A stretch of 64,000 nucleotides of DNA from an uncultured Blastochloridaceae bacterium (GTDB taxonomy: Bacteria > Verrucomicrobiota > Verrucomicrobiia > Methylacidiphilales > JBCBYL01), in NCBI GenBank assembly GCA_964351865.1, contig CAYGPJ010000014.1, forward strand, positions 35,556-99,555, given 5' to 3'. The notes beneath the pieces were generated by a model that was not told the DNA's origin, did not search any database, and was given only the letters and a program-made list of their open reading frames with translations. Of the stretch, positions 51,760-61,975 are shown one piece after another. Position 1 is the first letter of the stretch. Each line of letters starts with the position of its first letter. Made by a program: the position numbers and the translations under genes.

Positions 51760-52839
51760 ATGAAAGCACAACAAGTTATTGGAATCTTCGTGCTCCTGCT
51801 GACTTTGTCGGTCATCGGAGCGTATTACCTGTTTACGGGTAAAGCGGGCGGGAGTGGTGAGCTGTTATTGATTAAAGGTTACTGCGGCGGGGAGAAAATG
51901 CAGATGATTCGCAACCCAGAGGTCAGTAAAATATTAAAGAAACGCTACGGGATTGAGCTGGATGTCAGCAAGCGGGGGTCGGTGGAGATGGTGACGACCG
52001 AGCCACTGGAGGGGATTGATTTTGTCTGGCCCGGTTCACAGTCGCAATTGGCCTTATGGAAGGCTTCAGGGAAAAGGTATGAAAAAGCGGAGATTCTGTT
52101 TAACAGCCCGATCGTGCTCTATTCCTGGGACATCGTCAGCAAGGGGCTGGAAGGACAAGGAGTGGTAGAGGCTAAAGCGGGTGACACAGATTATGCGAAT
52201 ATGTCGTTACTACTGGAAAAGCTGGAGGCTAAAGAGAAGTGGAAAAACCTCGGTGTGGAGGCGCTTTCCGGACCAGTGCGGGTCGTTTTCACTAACCCGA
52301 ATAAATCAAATTCAGGCAATCAGTTTATGGGCTTATTGGCTACTGTCGCAAACGGTGAAGAAGCGCTCACCGGGCAGCCGTCCGAAAAAATACGAGCCAC
52401 CATGAAAGAAATTGTAGCTGGTTTAGGATACATGCATAGCTCAAGCGGGGATCTGTTCTCGCAATACCTGAGTCAGGGCGTCGGCGCATATCCGATGGTT
52501 GCCGGGTATGAATCGCAAATTATTGAGTTTTCCAGAAAAAACCCCGAGATGCTTAAAAATATTCTGGCGAAGCTGCGGATTATCTATCCGCGACCGACCG
52601 TTTGGTCGTCGCATCCGATGATCGCATTGACCGATCATGGGGAAAAATTACTGGAAGCTTTGCAGGATCCGGAAATTCAGCAGATTGCGTGGCGGGAGCA
52701 TGGATTCCGGCCGGGCAATGCAGCGGTCGGCATTACGATTGAAAATGCACCTATTCCAGGGATTCCCACATCGATCAATTCAATTGTGCCTATGCCGGCA
52801 CTGGATGCGATGCAGGTGCTGATGGAAGATGTGGAATAA
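51760..52839 (+). CDS. Membrane-anchored PBP-like domain protein (paralog of N-domain of 49585)
   Basis: N-terminal TM helix. Aligns with the upstream protein: 'IDFVWPGSQSQLALW' ~ 'FDAVWPANSLWIEL'; 'VFTNPNKSNSGNQFMGLLA' ~ 'IMSNPTQSNSGAMGYLGFL'. Confidence 0.55.
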   Translation: MKAQQVIGIFVLLLTLSVIGAYYLFTGKAGGSGELLLIKGYCGGEKMQMIRNPEVSKILKKRYGIELDVSKRGSVEMVTTEPLEGIDFVWPGSQSQLALWKASGKRYEKAEILFNSPIVLYSWDIVSKGLEGQGVVEAKAGDTDYANMSLLLEKLEAKEKWKNLGVEALSGPVRVVFTNPNKSNSGNQFMGLLATVANGEEALTGQPSEKIRATMKEIVAGLGYMHSSSGDLFSQYLSQGVGAYPMVAGYESQIIEFSRKNPEMLKNILAKLRIIYPRPTVWSSHPMIALTDHGEKLLEALQDPEIQQIAWREHGFRPGNAAVGITIENAPIPGIPTSINSIVPMPALDAMQVLMEDVE

Positions 52840-52934
52840 TGTTCAGTGAGGGGCTCGTGTCGTTACAAAAAAGGGGGCATATTATAAGTGCAAATTCGTT
52901 AGTGCTTGGATAGCTTTTTCATGGAGAGAATATT

Positions 52935-53564
52935 ATGGAAGCGATGATCACAGAATTTTTAAAGCCGGTTAATCTGGGATTGTCGGTTTTATTACTGGTT
53001 TTCATCTTATATTGGCTGATAACGATCATCGGGGGGTTGGATCTGGATTATTTTGATCTCGATATGGATTTCGGGGATGACGCGGATCTTGATGCGGACT
53101 CCGGGTTTTCATTTCTGAAGTATCTTGGCATTGGTGAGGCTCCCCTGATGGTGGTGCTGACCTGCCTAGTCATGTTTACCTGGGCCATGGCGTATATTAT
53201 ATTTGCTGTGTTGAACCTCTACTCGGTGCCGCTGCAACTGCTCATTCTGATTCCGATATTCATTGCCAGTTGTTTCATAACACATTACGTGGCAAAGCCT
53301 TTCGGCTACGTGTTCAACCTGTTAAACAAGTCCTCGGATAAGCCGGTAAAAATTATCGGGCAGGAATGCACCGTGACTACGGGAGAGGTAACCGAGAGCT
53401 TCGGGCAGGCTGAGATCGAACGGGATGGATCGTCGATCGTCATTCAGGCACGTAGTAAAAACGGAGAAATTTTTAATCGCGGTGATACCGCGCTGGTAGT
53501 GGAAGAAGACCGGGAAGCAGGGGTCTGGTATATTCGAAAAGTGAATGCTTCTAATTTAAACTAA
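52935..53564 (+). CDS. YqiJ/NfeD-like inner-membrane protein (OB-fold C-terminus)
   Basis: 209 aa; TM helices separated by an acidic 'DLDYFDLDMDFGDDADLDADSG' loop; C-terminal beta-rich OB-like domain; sits upstream of flotillin as in yqiJ-yqiK. Confidence 0.6.
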   Translation: MEAMITEFLKPVNLGLSVLLLVFILYWLITIIGGLDLDYFDLDMDFGDDADLDADSGFSFLKYLGIGEAPLMVVLTCLVMFTWAMAYIIFAVLNLYSVPLQLLILIPIFIASCFITHYVAKPFGYVFNLLNKSSDKPVKIIGQECTVTTGEVTESFGQAEIERDGSSIVIQARSKNGEIFNRGDTALVVEEDREAGVWYIRKVNASNLN

Positions 53565-53580
53565 AACAAAAGGAGAGAGT

Positions 53581-55602
53581 ATGTGGTTAGCTCAGGTATA
53601 TGGGAATAGTTCAAGTGCGGATCAGTTAGGAGTCTATCTGATGCCCATTATTGTGATTGTGGTCATTCTGGTCGCCGTCGTTTTCGGTACTCTGATAATG
53701 ATTGCTAAATTCTACAAAAAGGTAGATCAGGGGCGAGCATTGGTGCGGAATGGTCTTGGTGGCACCAAGGTGTCTTTCACAGGTATCGTGGTGTATCCGA
53801 TCATTCATCAGTGCGAATACATGGATATTTCGATCAAACGGGTGGAAATTCAGCGTGCTGGTTCAGAAGGGCTGATCTGTAAGGACAATATGCGGGCGGA
53901 TATTACGGTAGCTTTCTTCGTGCGTGTTAACTCCACTAAGGATGATGTATTGAAAGTCGCTCAGTCGGTCGGATGCGCTCGCGCGTCTGATGTGCAAAAG
54001 CTGCGCGAACTCTTCGATGCGAAATTCTCAGAAGGTCTCAAAACAGTCGGACGTCAGTTCGATTTTGTCGATCTCTATAATGCGCGCGGTCAGTTTAAGG
54101 ATGAAATCCTGAAAGTGATCGGAACGGACTTGAACGGCTATGTGTTGGACGATGCCGCCATCGATCATCTGGAACAGACCAAACTCGAATTCCTGAGTGC
54201 GAATAACATTCTCGATGCCTCCGGGATCAAGAAAATTACCGAACTCACGGCTAGAGAGAAGATTCTGGCAAATCAGATCGATCGCGATCGTGAAAAGACG
54301 GTGACCAAGCAGGATGTGGAAGCCGAGGAGGCGATTCTGGAACTGAACCGACAACTGGCAGAGTCCCAACAGAAACAGATTCGCGAAATCGCTACGGTGA
54401 CCGCACGAGAAAATGCGGAAACCGCGAAAGTCACGGAAGAGCAGCGACTGAAGTCTGAGCGTGCTCGCATAGCCGCAGATGAGGAAATTCAGACCTCTGA
54501 AGAGAACAAGAATCGCGCGGTGATCGTGGCGACTCGTAACAAGGAGCGGACGGATGCCGTCGAGCAGGAACGTATCCTGAAAGACCAGCAACTGGAAATG
54601 GTTGAACGCGAACGCATTGTTGAACTGGCTCAGATTGAGAAGCAGCGTGCGGTCGAGCAGGAGCAGAAAAACATTCAGGACGTTATCAAAGAACGTGTGA
54701 TGGTCGAGCGCCTGGTGGTTGAAGAAAAAGAACGCATCAAAGATACCGAAGCATTCGCGGGAGCGGATCGTAAGAAGCAAGTTGCGGTCACGGCGGCCAA
54801 GGAACTGGCGGAACAGGAACTGATCCAGAAAACCCAGCAGGCGGAAGCCGATAAGCAGTCGGCCGAATTGAAAGCACTGCAAGTAGTGATTGATGCGGAA
54901 GCTGCCGAGAAAGCGGCCATCAAAAATTCCAACGCCAAGAAGGTGATGGCTGAGGGGATCGCTGCCGAGCACGCTGCAACCGGCATGGCGGAAGTCTCCG
55001 TAAAAGAAGCAATGGCTGGTGCCGTTCAGAAAGAAGGCGAAGCGGAAGCCAATGTCATCCGTGTCAAAGCGGTGGCGGATGCAGAAGGGATTACCAAGAA
55101 AGCGGAAGCGATGAAACTCTTCGATACGGTCGGTAAAGATCACGAAGAATTCAAGCTGCGACTGGAACTGGAGAAAGACATCAAGCTGGCAGAACTGGAC
55201 ATGCACACGAAAGTGGCGGTCGAGCGGGCTGACATTGTGGGTGAAGCGCTCAAGAGTGCAAACATCGACATCATCGGCGGCGAAAGCACCTTCTTCGACA
55301 AGATTACCGGAGCCGTGGCTCAGGGCCGTGCCATTGACGGAATGGTCAATGAGAGTTCGGTGCTGACGGATGTCAGGGAAGCCTTGTTCGATACCGATGC
55401 TGAAGTGGTCAAAGCCAAGATTAAAAGCCTGACCGGACGTTTCGGGGTGGATACGAATGACATTAAGAATCTGAGTATCGCTGCGGTGCTTTCCTCGGCG
55501 ATCGCAAACACCGGAGACAGTTCCCTCAAGGGGGTCTTCAAGGATCTATTGGAATCGACCAGGAAGCTGGGGCTCGATTCCAAGAAATTCTCAGAGATCT
55601 AA
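53581..55602 (+). CDS. Flotillin-family SPFH/Band-7 protein (YqiK-like) with long coiled-coil
   Basis: N-terminal TM; SPFH domain 'ALVRNGLGGTKVSF…DISIKRVEIQ…DNMRADITVAFFVRV'; about 350-aa E/A/K-rich coiled-coil. Confidence 0.9.
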   Translation: MWLAQVYGNSSSADQLGVYLMPIIVIVVILVAVVFGTLIMIAKFYKKVDQGRALVRNGLGGTKVSFTGIVVYPIIHQCEYMDISIKRVEIQRAGSEGLICKDNMRADITVAFFVRVNSTKDDVLKVAQSVGCARASDVQKLRELFDAKFSEGLKTVGRQFDFVDLYNARGQFKDEILKVIGTDLNGYVLDDAAIDHLEQTKLEFLSANNILDASGIKKITELTAREKILANQIDRDREKTVTKQDVEAEEAILELNRQLAESQQKQIREIATVTARENAETAKVTEEQRLKSERARIAADEEIQTSEENKNRAVIVATRNKERTDAVEQERILKDQQLEMVERERIVELAQIEKQRAVEQEQKNIQDVIKERVMVERLVVEEKERIKDTEAFAGADRKKQVAVTAAKELAEQELIQKTQQAEADKQSAELKALQVVIDAEAAEKAAIKNSNAKKVMAEGIAAEHAATGMAEVSVKEAMAGAVQKEGEAEANVIRVKAVADAEGITKKAEAMKLFDTVGKDHEEFKLRLELEKDIKLAELDMHTKVAVERADIVGEALKSANIDIIGGESTFFDKITGAVAQGRAIDGMVNESSVLTDVREALFDTDAEVVKAKIKSLTGRFGVDTNDIKNLSIAAVLSSAIANTGDSSLKGVFKDLLESTRKLGLDSKKFSEI

Positions 55603-55699
55603 GGATTCTTTCGAATTGCCCTTCATACAGGAATCAGCGGCGTTTAGGCACGGTGTTGGTTTCTGGATGAGGTGGCAGCTTGATGAACCCATCTAAGCT

Positions 55700-58600
55700 A
55701 TGGCTGATAACGACTACAATGAGCTCAAAGAAGCACCCGCAGGCCCATCTGCCCCGGAGGCTGCCAATCCCCAAATGGAGGGAGGCGCTTATGAGATTAT
55801 TCGCAACCGCCTGCTGACGCAGGGCAAGGATCTGGCCGAACGGTTGGATAAGCTCAACAGTGCCCGCCGGGATATTTTCGGGGGGGTCGAACCCAAGCTG
55901 ATCGCTACCGACCGGATCACGACCCAGCACAATTGTGTGCCGCGTGACATGGTGGAAATCGGTGGCGACCGGTTCATCTTCGGTTACAACGTTCGACTGG
56001 GGCTCAAAACCGAGACTAATCTCTCGGATGTCTTCTCCATTTATCAGTATCAGGATGGAACCTTTCATGAAGAATCGCTGGATCAACTGATCCTCAATTC
56101 CGACTTCGAGGACGATTTCAAAAGTCTCTACAAGTATTATAAAGACACGCAGTTTGCGAAATTTCGGATCATCGGCCCGGCCTTGTACATGGTGTTTCGC
56201 ACGGGAAAAGCGGTCGATGACATCAAGACCTTCAAGTGGGCGATTACCGATGATGGTATTCAGTATGTAGGCAACCGGTTCGACCATGAATTCCATTTTC
56301 CGCCGCAGCACGAATTCGAGTGGGTGCGCACACATCGTGATCACCATCAAAGCGGCACTTATCCGCACATTTCGATTGAAGATCGGGTCTTTGTGGAAAC
56401 GTTGGATGGAGACCTGACTATCAAGGTTGAAAACAATACCGAGTCAGGAGAAGGCATTTACACCGAGCCGGTCGATAACAAAGACCAGACCCTGGATGAT
56501 GCGGAAGTCTATTACGCCTCGCTGGGGAATCTGATTCTGATTCGGGTTCGTCCTTTTCAGGAGCAAAAGTTTCGTTATTTTGTCTATAACGAAAAGTTAA
56601 AGCAGGTGCGACGGTTTGATCGCATTCATGATGCTTGTGTGCTGTTGCCCGACGAGCATGGCATCATTTTCCCGAACGGATATTATCTGCAGGGGGGAGC
56701 CTATAAGACGTTTGACCATGATGTGTCAGACATGATTTTTTCCCGGCGGATCGCTTCACCGAACGGGGAAGATTATCTCTACGTCTTCTACTCCCGGTTG
56801 GCCGGTATCTATCTGCTGCTTTCCTACAATATCATCGAGCAGCAGGTGCATACCCCGATTGTCTGTAACGGCTACAGCTTCTTTGATAACGGAGAACTGC
56901 TTTACTTTAAAGCCTCGGAGGAACCGCAGAAGGTGCACGCGATACAGATCTGGCAGACGCCATTTCGCAAGGAAGAAGACACCAGTGCGGTTGCCGAGGA
57001 TAAGGGGGCCATGCTGTTTAAGGTAGGTAATCGTGAAATCGTGCGCCTGATGGCAGACGCCAGAGAGGTCTCCAATCTCATTCAACGCGAAGATATTTAC
57101 GAAGACCTCTATCTGGAACTCTCGCGTGAAACGACGTCGATTTTAGATAGTTACTTCTGGTTGAAAGAACCGGCGGCGTTTCAGATAGACCAACCGATAG
57201 CGGCCATTAAAGAAGCAGCGACCGGTGCGATTGTAGAATTTGAAAAGGTTTCCCGTATTCGTAAAGATACGGAATCCCGCACTGCGGCGGCCCGTGAGAA
57301 AGTGAAGAAGCTTAGCTCGAGTGTGCATACCCAGAGCTATGAAAGTATTGATCCTTTTGTCGCCCACCTCTCAGCGATGCGTGGTTTGCGCGGCGAAGTG
57401 ATTTCACTCAAGGAGCTCCGCTACGCCAACGTGGCCGAGATCGAAGCATTGGAAGCCACCATCGTCGCAGAGACCGAAAAGCTTTCGCAGGGATGTGTGG
57501 AGTTTCTGTTGCAGGAAGATTCTCTGGCACCGTATCGCGAGGCGGTCGAGGATCAACAGTCTCGTATCGGCACAGGGGAAACCGCGGCCGCACTTTCTGC
57601 GCTGGAAGAGGAGATGGAGCAGTCGTCTTCAGAACTGCAGATGCTGATCGATATCGTCAGCAACCTCAAAATTGAGGACACCACGCATACCACGCAGATT
57701 ATTGACGATATCTCGGAAATCTATGCGCAACTGAATCAGGCGAAGGTGGCGCTGAAAAATCGACGTAAGAGTATTTCTTCGGTGGAGATGACGGCCCGCT
57801 TCGGAGCGGAGATGAAGTTGCTGAGTCAGTCGATTGTCAACTTTCTGGATCTCAGTGAAACCGTCGAACAGTGTGACGAGTATCTCACCAAGCTGATGGT
57901 GCAACTCGAAGAGTTGGAAGGGCGCTTCGCGGACTTTGAAAATTTTATCGCTGATCTGACTGAAAAACGGGAAGAGATTTACAACGCCTTTGAATCGAAA
58001 AAACTGGCGTTGATCGAATCGCGCAACAAGCGCTCCAATGCCCTGATGAGCACCGCGGAACGGATCCTGAGTGGAATCCGGAATCGGGTGTTGAAGATGA
58101 AATCGGTGGACGAGATCAACGGCTATCTGGCTGCCGATCTGATGGTCGAAAAAATCCGCGACATCATCCGGGAGTTAAGTGATTCCGACGACACGGTGAA
58201 AGTGGACGACCTGCAAAGCCGCTTGAAATCGATCCGTGAAGATGCAGTGCGGCAGTTGAAAGATCGGCAGGATTTGTTTGTTGAAGGTGAAAACATCATC
58301 AAATTCGGTCGACACCATTTTACAGTCAATACACAGGCGCTGGATCTGACGATTCTGAGGCGCGATGGTGGATTGCAGACGCATCTGACCGGCACGAACT
58401 ATTTCAGGAATATCGAAGATCCAAGAATTTTGGAATGTCGGGATATCTGGGATCAGGAAATTCTTTCGGAGAACGATGAGGTTTATCGGGCGGAGTATCT
58501 GGCTTACCTGTTCTGGAACGATGGAAATGCGGACATCCCGCAGGAAGTGGAAGCGTTGGAAGCAGCGCTGCAGAAGTTCATGGCACCCCGCTATGACGAA

Positions 58601-61102
58601 GGCTACATCAAGGGGGTGCACGACCATGATGCGGCGCGGATTCTGTTAGCCATTCACAGCATTCATGAGTCCATTGGTTTGCTGAGATACCGGCCTGCGG
58701 TGCGGGCGCTGGCGGGATACTTCTGGAGCACGCTGGATCAGGATGAAGCGCGGCATCAGCTCGCAAGAAAAGCTGCCAGCTTCGGGAAAATGCGGCACAC
58801 CTTTCACGCTGAGGGTAAACGACCTTCGGATGCAGGACACTATATCCGGGATTTGAGCCGGCAGTTGGCAAACTTCTGCCAATCATGCCAGTTGTTCAAT
58901 CACGACGACGTGGCTCCGGCCAGTGAATATCTGTTTGAGGCGCTGACGCAGGATCAACCGGCGTTTGCTATCAGCAGTCGGGCGCTGGATCTGGTTCAGG
59001 AATTTAAGCAGTCCCTCAAAGAGCGTGCGGCGGAGAAAGAATTTCAGCAGGCACTGGAATCGGTCGGAGATGCACCGGAAAGTAAGTCGCAACTGGCTGG
59101 CGACTGGATCGACGGGTTTTTGGGCTTTGCCGCGGATGACGATGGACAGCATCCGTTGGCTCGCTACGCGGATGAGGCGGCGTTGTTACTGGCCGGAATC
59201 CTTTCGGATCAGGCGGAGAAAAATATCACCGATCCGGAACAGAAACTGTCCGGATTGAAAGGATCGCACGAGCGGATTCACGAGGGAAGTTATGCCTTCG
59301 ACTACCATGATTTCTTTAGTCGCCTCAGTGCCTTCCGTGAAAAAACGGTGCCTGCGTTTACGACGTATCAAAAGCTGAAAAAAACCATCAACGAAGAAGA
59401 GCGGGAACGCTTACGGCTGGATGAATTCAAGCCGCGCGTGCTGACCTCCTTTGTGCGGAATAAGCTGATTGATAAAGTCTATCTGCCGCTGATCGGTGAT
59501 AATTTTGCCAAGCAGGTTGGTTCAGCGGGTGAAGGTAAGCGGACGGATCTGATGGGAATGTTGCTACTGATCTCGCCTCCCGGTTACGGGAAAACGACGC
59601 TGATGGAATACACTGCCAGCCGGTTGGGAATGATCTTCATGAAGATCAACGGGCCGGCAATCGGGCATCAGGTGACCTCGCTGGATCCGGGCGATGCGCC
59701 GAATATGAGTGCCCGCGAGGAAGTGAATAAACTGAACCTCGCGCTGGAGATGGGCGATAATGTGATGATTTATCTGGATGATATTCAGCACTGTAACCCT
59801 GAATTTCTGCAAAAGTTTATTTCACTCTGTGATGGCCAGCGAAAGATTGAAGGGGTTTTCAACGGGCGTCCGCGAACCTATGATCTGCGTGGACGTAAGG
59901 TCGCGGTGGTGATGGCAGGAAATCCGTACACGGAAAGCGGAGAAAAATTCCGTATCCCTGACATGCTGGCCAACCGTGCCGACACCTATAACCTGGGTGA
60001 TATTATCGGTGAAAATGCGGATGTGTTTAAATTGAGCTACATCGAAAACTCGATCACTTCGAATCCGGCGCTGAACCATCTGGCCAGTCGCGGCCAGAAA
60101 GACATTCACGGCTTGATCCGCATCGCCGAGACCGGCAGTCGGGAAGGGGTGGACATGGAAGCCAGTTACTCCATGGACGAAGTAAATGAAATGGTCGGAG
60201 TAGTGGAAAAGATGCTCAAGATTCGCGATGTCATCCTGGCGGTGAATCAGGCCTACATCAACTCCGCGGCGCAGGCAGACGCTTACCGCACCGAGCCGCC
60301 ATTTAAGCTGCAGGGTTCTTATCGGAATATGAATCGCCTGTCTGAAAAAGTGCGGGCGATCATGAATGACGATGAACTCACGCAAATGATCATTGATGAT
60401 TATACCAATGAAGCCCAAACGTTGACTGCAGGTGCGGAGGCGAATCTGCTGAAATTCCGTGAATTGATGGGATGGTTGACGCCTGAGGAGGCACAACGGT
60501 GGGACGATATCAAAGCGTCCTTCCAGCGCAATCAGTTGTTGCACAGCACCGACGGAGACGATCCGGTGGCACGCGTGGTCGGGCAGTTGTCCGCATTACA
60601 GGCAGGACTTCAGGCCATAGCAGCCGGATTAAAAGACGGAACCGAACATTCCGGACTGCAACAGATACAACTGACCTCGGAAACCTGGGATGAACTCAAA
60701 GCACTGGTGGCAGGGACTCATCCTTCACCGATGCCGCAAACCATATCCGCGGTTGCTCCACCTGCGGGAGAAATGGAGAGCCTCGCGTCACAAGATGACA
60801 TTGCGACTGCCGGGGATGGCGCTGCCGGAAGTTACGAACCCTATAAGGTGGATGTGGTCTACCGCTTTCCGGAAGATTTTTCAGCGCTGTTACAGGAGCA
60901 GATGAAAATTGTGCAAAGCCTGATTGAACCCACCACGAAAGTGGCACGGGACGAGCGTAAGGAATTGCGCAAAACGTTGAAGGACATTCAGGTGGTGCTC
61001 GGTGAGTATCATCACTACCTTGACGAGTTGCAGGGCAAAGCGGTGATCCGTGAAGAAGATGCAGTAGCTACGAGAGCGGAAAAGAAAACAAAGAAAGCGT
61101 AG
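55700..61102 (+). CDS. Giant (1,800-aa) multidomain protein with MoxR/AAA_5-type ATPase core
   Basis: Walker A 'LLISPPGYGKTTL' (about nt 59565-59600); Walker B 'VMIYLDDIQH'; 'VAVVMAGNP…ANRADTYNL' sensor region typical of AAA_5. About 450-aa N-terminal domain without recognisable motifs; central about 400-aa helical/coiled-coil segment. Confidence 0.7.
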   Translation: MADNDYNELKEAPAGPSAPEAANPQMEGGAYEIIRNRLLTQGKDLAERLDKLNSARRDIFGGVEPKLIATDRITTQHNCVPRDMVEIGGDRFIFGYNVRLGLKTETNLSDVFSIYQYQDGTFHEESLDQLILNSDFEDDFKSLYKYYKDTQFAKFRIIGPALYMVFRTGKAVDDIKTFKWAITDDGIQYVGNRFDHEFHFPPQHEFEWVRTHRDHHQSGTYPHISIEDRVFVETLDGDLTIKVENNTESGEGIYTEPVDNKDQTLDDAEVYYASLGNLILIRVRPFQEQKFRYFVYNEKLKQVRRFDRIHDACVLLPDEHGIIFPNGYYLQGGAYKTFDHDVSDMIFSRRIASPNGEDYLYVFYSRLAGIYLLLSYNIIEQQVHTPIVCNGYSFFDNGELLYFKASEEPQKVHAIQIWQTPFRKEEDTSAVAEDKGAMLFKVGNREIVRLMADAREVSNLIQREDIYEDLYLELSRETTSILDSYFWLKEPAAFQIDQPIAAIKEAATGAIVEFEKVSRIRKDTESRTAAAREKVKKLSSSVHTQSYESIDPFVAHLSAMRGLRGEVISLKELRYANVAEIEALEATIVAETEKLSQGCVEFLLQEDSLAPYREAVEDQQSRIGTGETAAALSALEEEMEQSSSELQMLIDIVSNLKIEDTTHTTQIIDDISEIYAQLNQAKVALKNRRKSISSVEMTARFGAEMKLLSQSIVNFLDLSETVEQCDEYLTKLMVQLEELEGRFADFENFIADLTEKREEIYNAFESKKLALIESRNKRSNALMSTAERILSGIRNRVLKMKSVDEINGYLAADLMVEKIRDIIRELSDSDDTVKVDDLQSRLKSIREDAVRQLKDRQDLFVEGENIIKFGRHHFTVNTQALDLTILRRDGGLQTHLTGTNYFRNIEDPRILECRDIWDQEILSENDEVYRAEYLAYLFWNDGNADIPQEVEALEAALQKFMAPRYDEGYIKGVHDHDAARILLAIHSIHESIGLLRYRPAVRALAGYFWSTLDQDEARHQLARKAASFGKMRHTFHAEGKRPSDAGHYIRDLSRQLANFCQSCQLFNHDDVAPASEYLFEALTQDQPAFAISSRALDLVQEFKQSLKERAAEKEFQQALESVGDAPESKSQLAGDWIDGFLGFAADDDGQHPLARYADEAALLLAGILSDQAEKNITDPEQKLSGLKGSHERIHEGSYAFDYHDFFSRLSAFREKTVPAFTTYQKLKKTINEEERERLRLDEFKPRVLTSFVRNKLIDKVYLPLIGDNFAKQVGSAGEGKRTDLMGMLLLISPPGYGKTTLMEYTASRLGMIFMKINGPAIGHQVTSLDPGDAPNMSAREEVNKLNLALEMGDNVMIYLDDIQHCNPEFLQKFISLCDGQRKIEGVFNGRPRTYDLRGRKVAVVMAGNPYTESGEKFRIPDMLANRADTYNLGDIIGENADVFKLSYIENSITSNPALNHLASRGQKDIHGLIRIAETGSREGVDMEASYSMDEVNEMVGVVEKMLKIRDVILAVNQAYINSAAQADAYRTEPPFKLQGSYRNMNRLSEKVRAIMNDDELTQMIIDDYTNEAQTLTAGAEANLLKFRELMGWLTPEEAQRWDDIKASFQRNQLLHSTDGDDPVARVVGQLSALQAGLQAIAAGLKDGTEHSGLQQIQLTSETWDELKALVAGTHPSPMPQTISAVAPPAGEMESLASQDDIATAGDGAAGSYEPYKVDVVYRFPEDFSALLQEQMKIVQSLIEPTTKVARDERKELRKTLKDIQVVLGEYHHYLDELQGKAVIREEDAVATRAEKKTKKA

Positions 61103-61170
61103 CGGTCGAATTCCCTTCTCACTCGACATCAGTAGGGAATCCGCTAACACAGAATCAGGAACGAACGACT

Positions 61171-61923
61171 ATGTTAAAGCGACTATCAAATCTCATCAAA
61201 GGCTTTATGGGCCTGTTCATCAGCGGTATGGAAAAAAGCAATCCGGAGGCATTGCTGGAAGTGGAAAAAGAGAATCTGCGTCAGCAGATATCCAAATACA
61301 ACCAGGGACTGGCGGCTCATGCCGGCATGTGTGAACGCCTGATGAGTCAGGTCAAAAAGCTGGAAGAAGAAGAAAGCCAGTTGACTGGAAAAGCCAAAGC
61401 CCACCTGCGGGCCGGCAATCAGGATGCCGCTGGCCAATACGCGCTGCGCTTACAGACGATTAAACGCGAGCTGATGGAAAACCGCAGCCAGCTGGAATCC
61501 GCTGAACACACTTATCAGGAACTGGTGAAGGCGCGGGACGTGTCGATTCGTTCCGCAAAAGATAAAATTGCATCGCTCAAGAGCAGCATCAGTGAAATGA
61601 GAATGAAAACCGCAGAAGCCGAGCTGACGGAAATGGCTGCGGGGATGATTACCGACATCGGTGGTTCCGGCGATACCTTGAATCGCCTGCAGGAAATGGT
61701 GGAAGAAGAGAAACAACTGGCTGCCGGTAAAGCGCGGGTGGCTAAAGATTCACTGAATACAGATGAAATTGAAATTCAGGAAATTGAACAAAAAGCGCTG
61801 GCGGATCAGGCTTTAGCGGATTTTGCCGCCAGCGAAGGATTAACCCTGGATACCGGATCAGAACCAGCTCCGGCCGAAGACGCCACGGGTGAATCCAAAT
61901 CCATGGGGCCTCAAACCCAGTAA
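61171..61923 (+). CDS. pspA: PspA/IM30/Vipp1-family protein (ESCRT-III superfamily)
   Basis: 250 aa; long amphipathic helices; N-terminal 'MLKRLSNLIKGFMGLFISGMEKSNPEALLE' matches the PspA pattern. Confidence 0.85.
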   Translation: MLKRLSNLIKGFMGLFISGMEKSNPEALLEVEKENLRQQISKYNQGLAAHAGMCERLMSQVKKLEEEESQLTGKAKAHLRAGNQDAAGQYALRLQTIKRELMENRSQLESAEHTYQELVKARDVSIRSAKDKIASLKSSISEMRMKTAEAELTEMAAGMITDIGGSGDTLNRLQEMVEEEKQLAAGKARVAKDSLNTDEIEIQEIEQKALADQALADFAASEGLTLDTGSEPAPAEDATGESKSMGPQTQ

Positions 61924-61975
61924 CAGCATTCAGTGATCGCAGGCCAAAACCGATCACACCTTCAGGGGAATCCTT

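Noticed and set aside
54028-55206. 392-aa ORF antisense to flotillin
   Set aside because: It is antisense to the flotillin coiled-coil region. Repetitive GAA/GCG-rich sequence gives long stop-free antisense frames, and the F/L/R-rich translation is non-protein-like.
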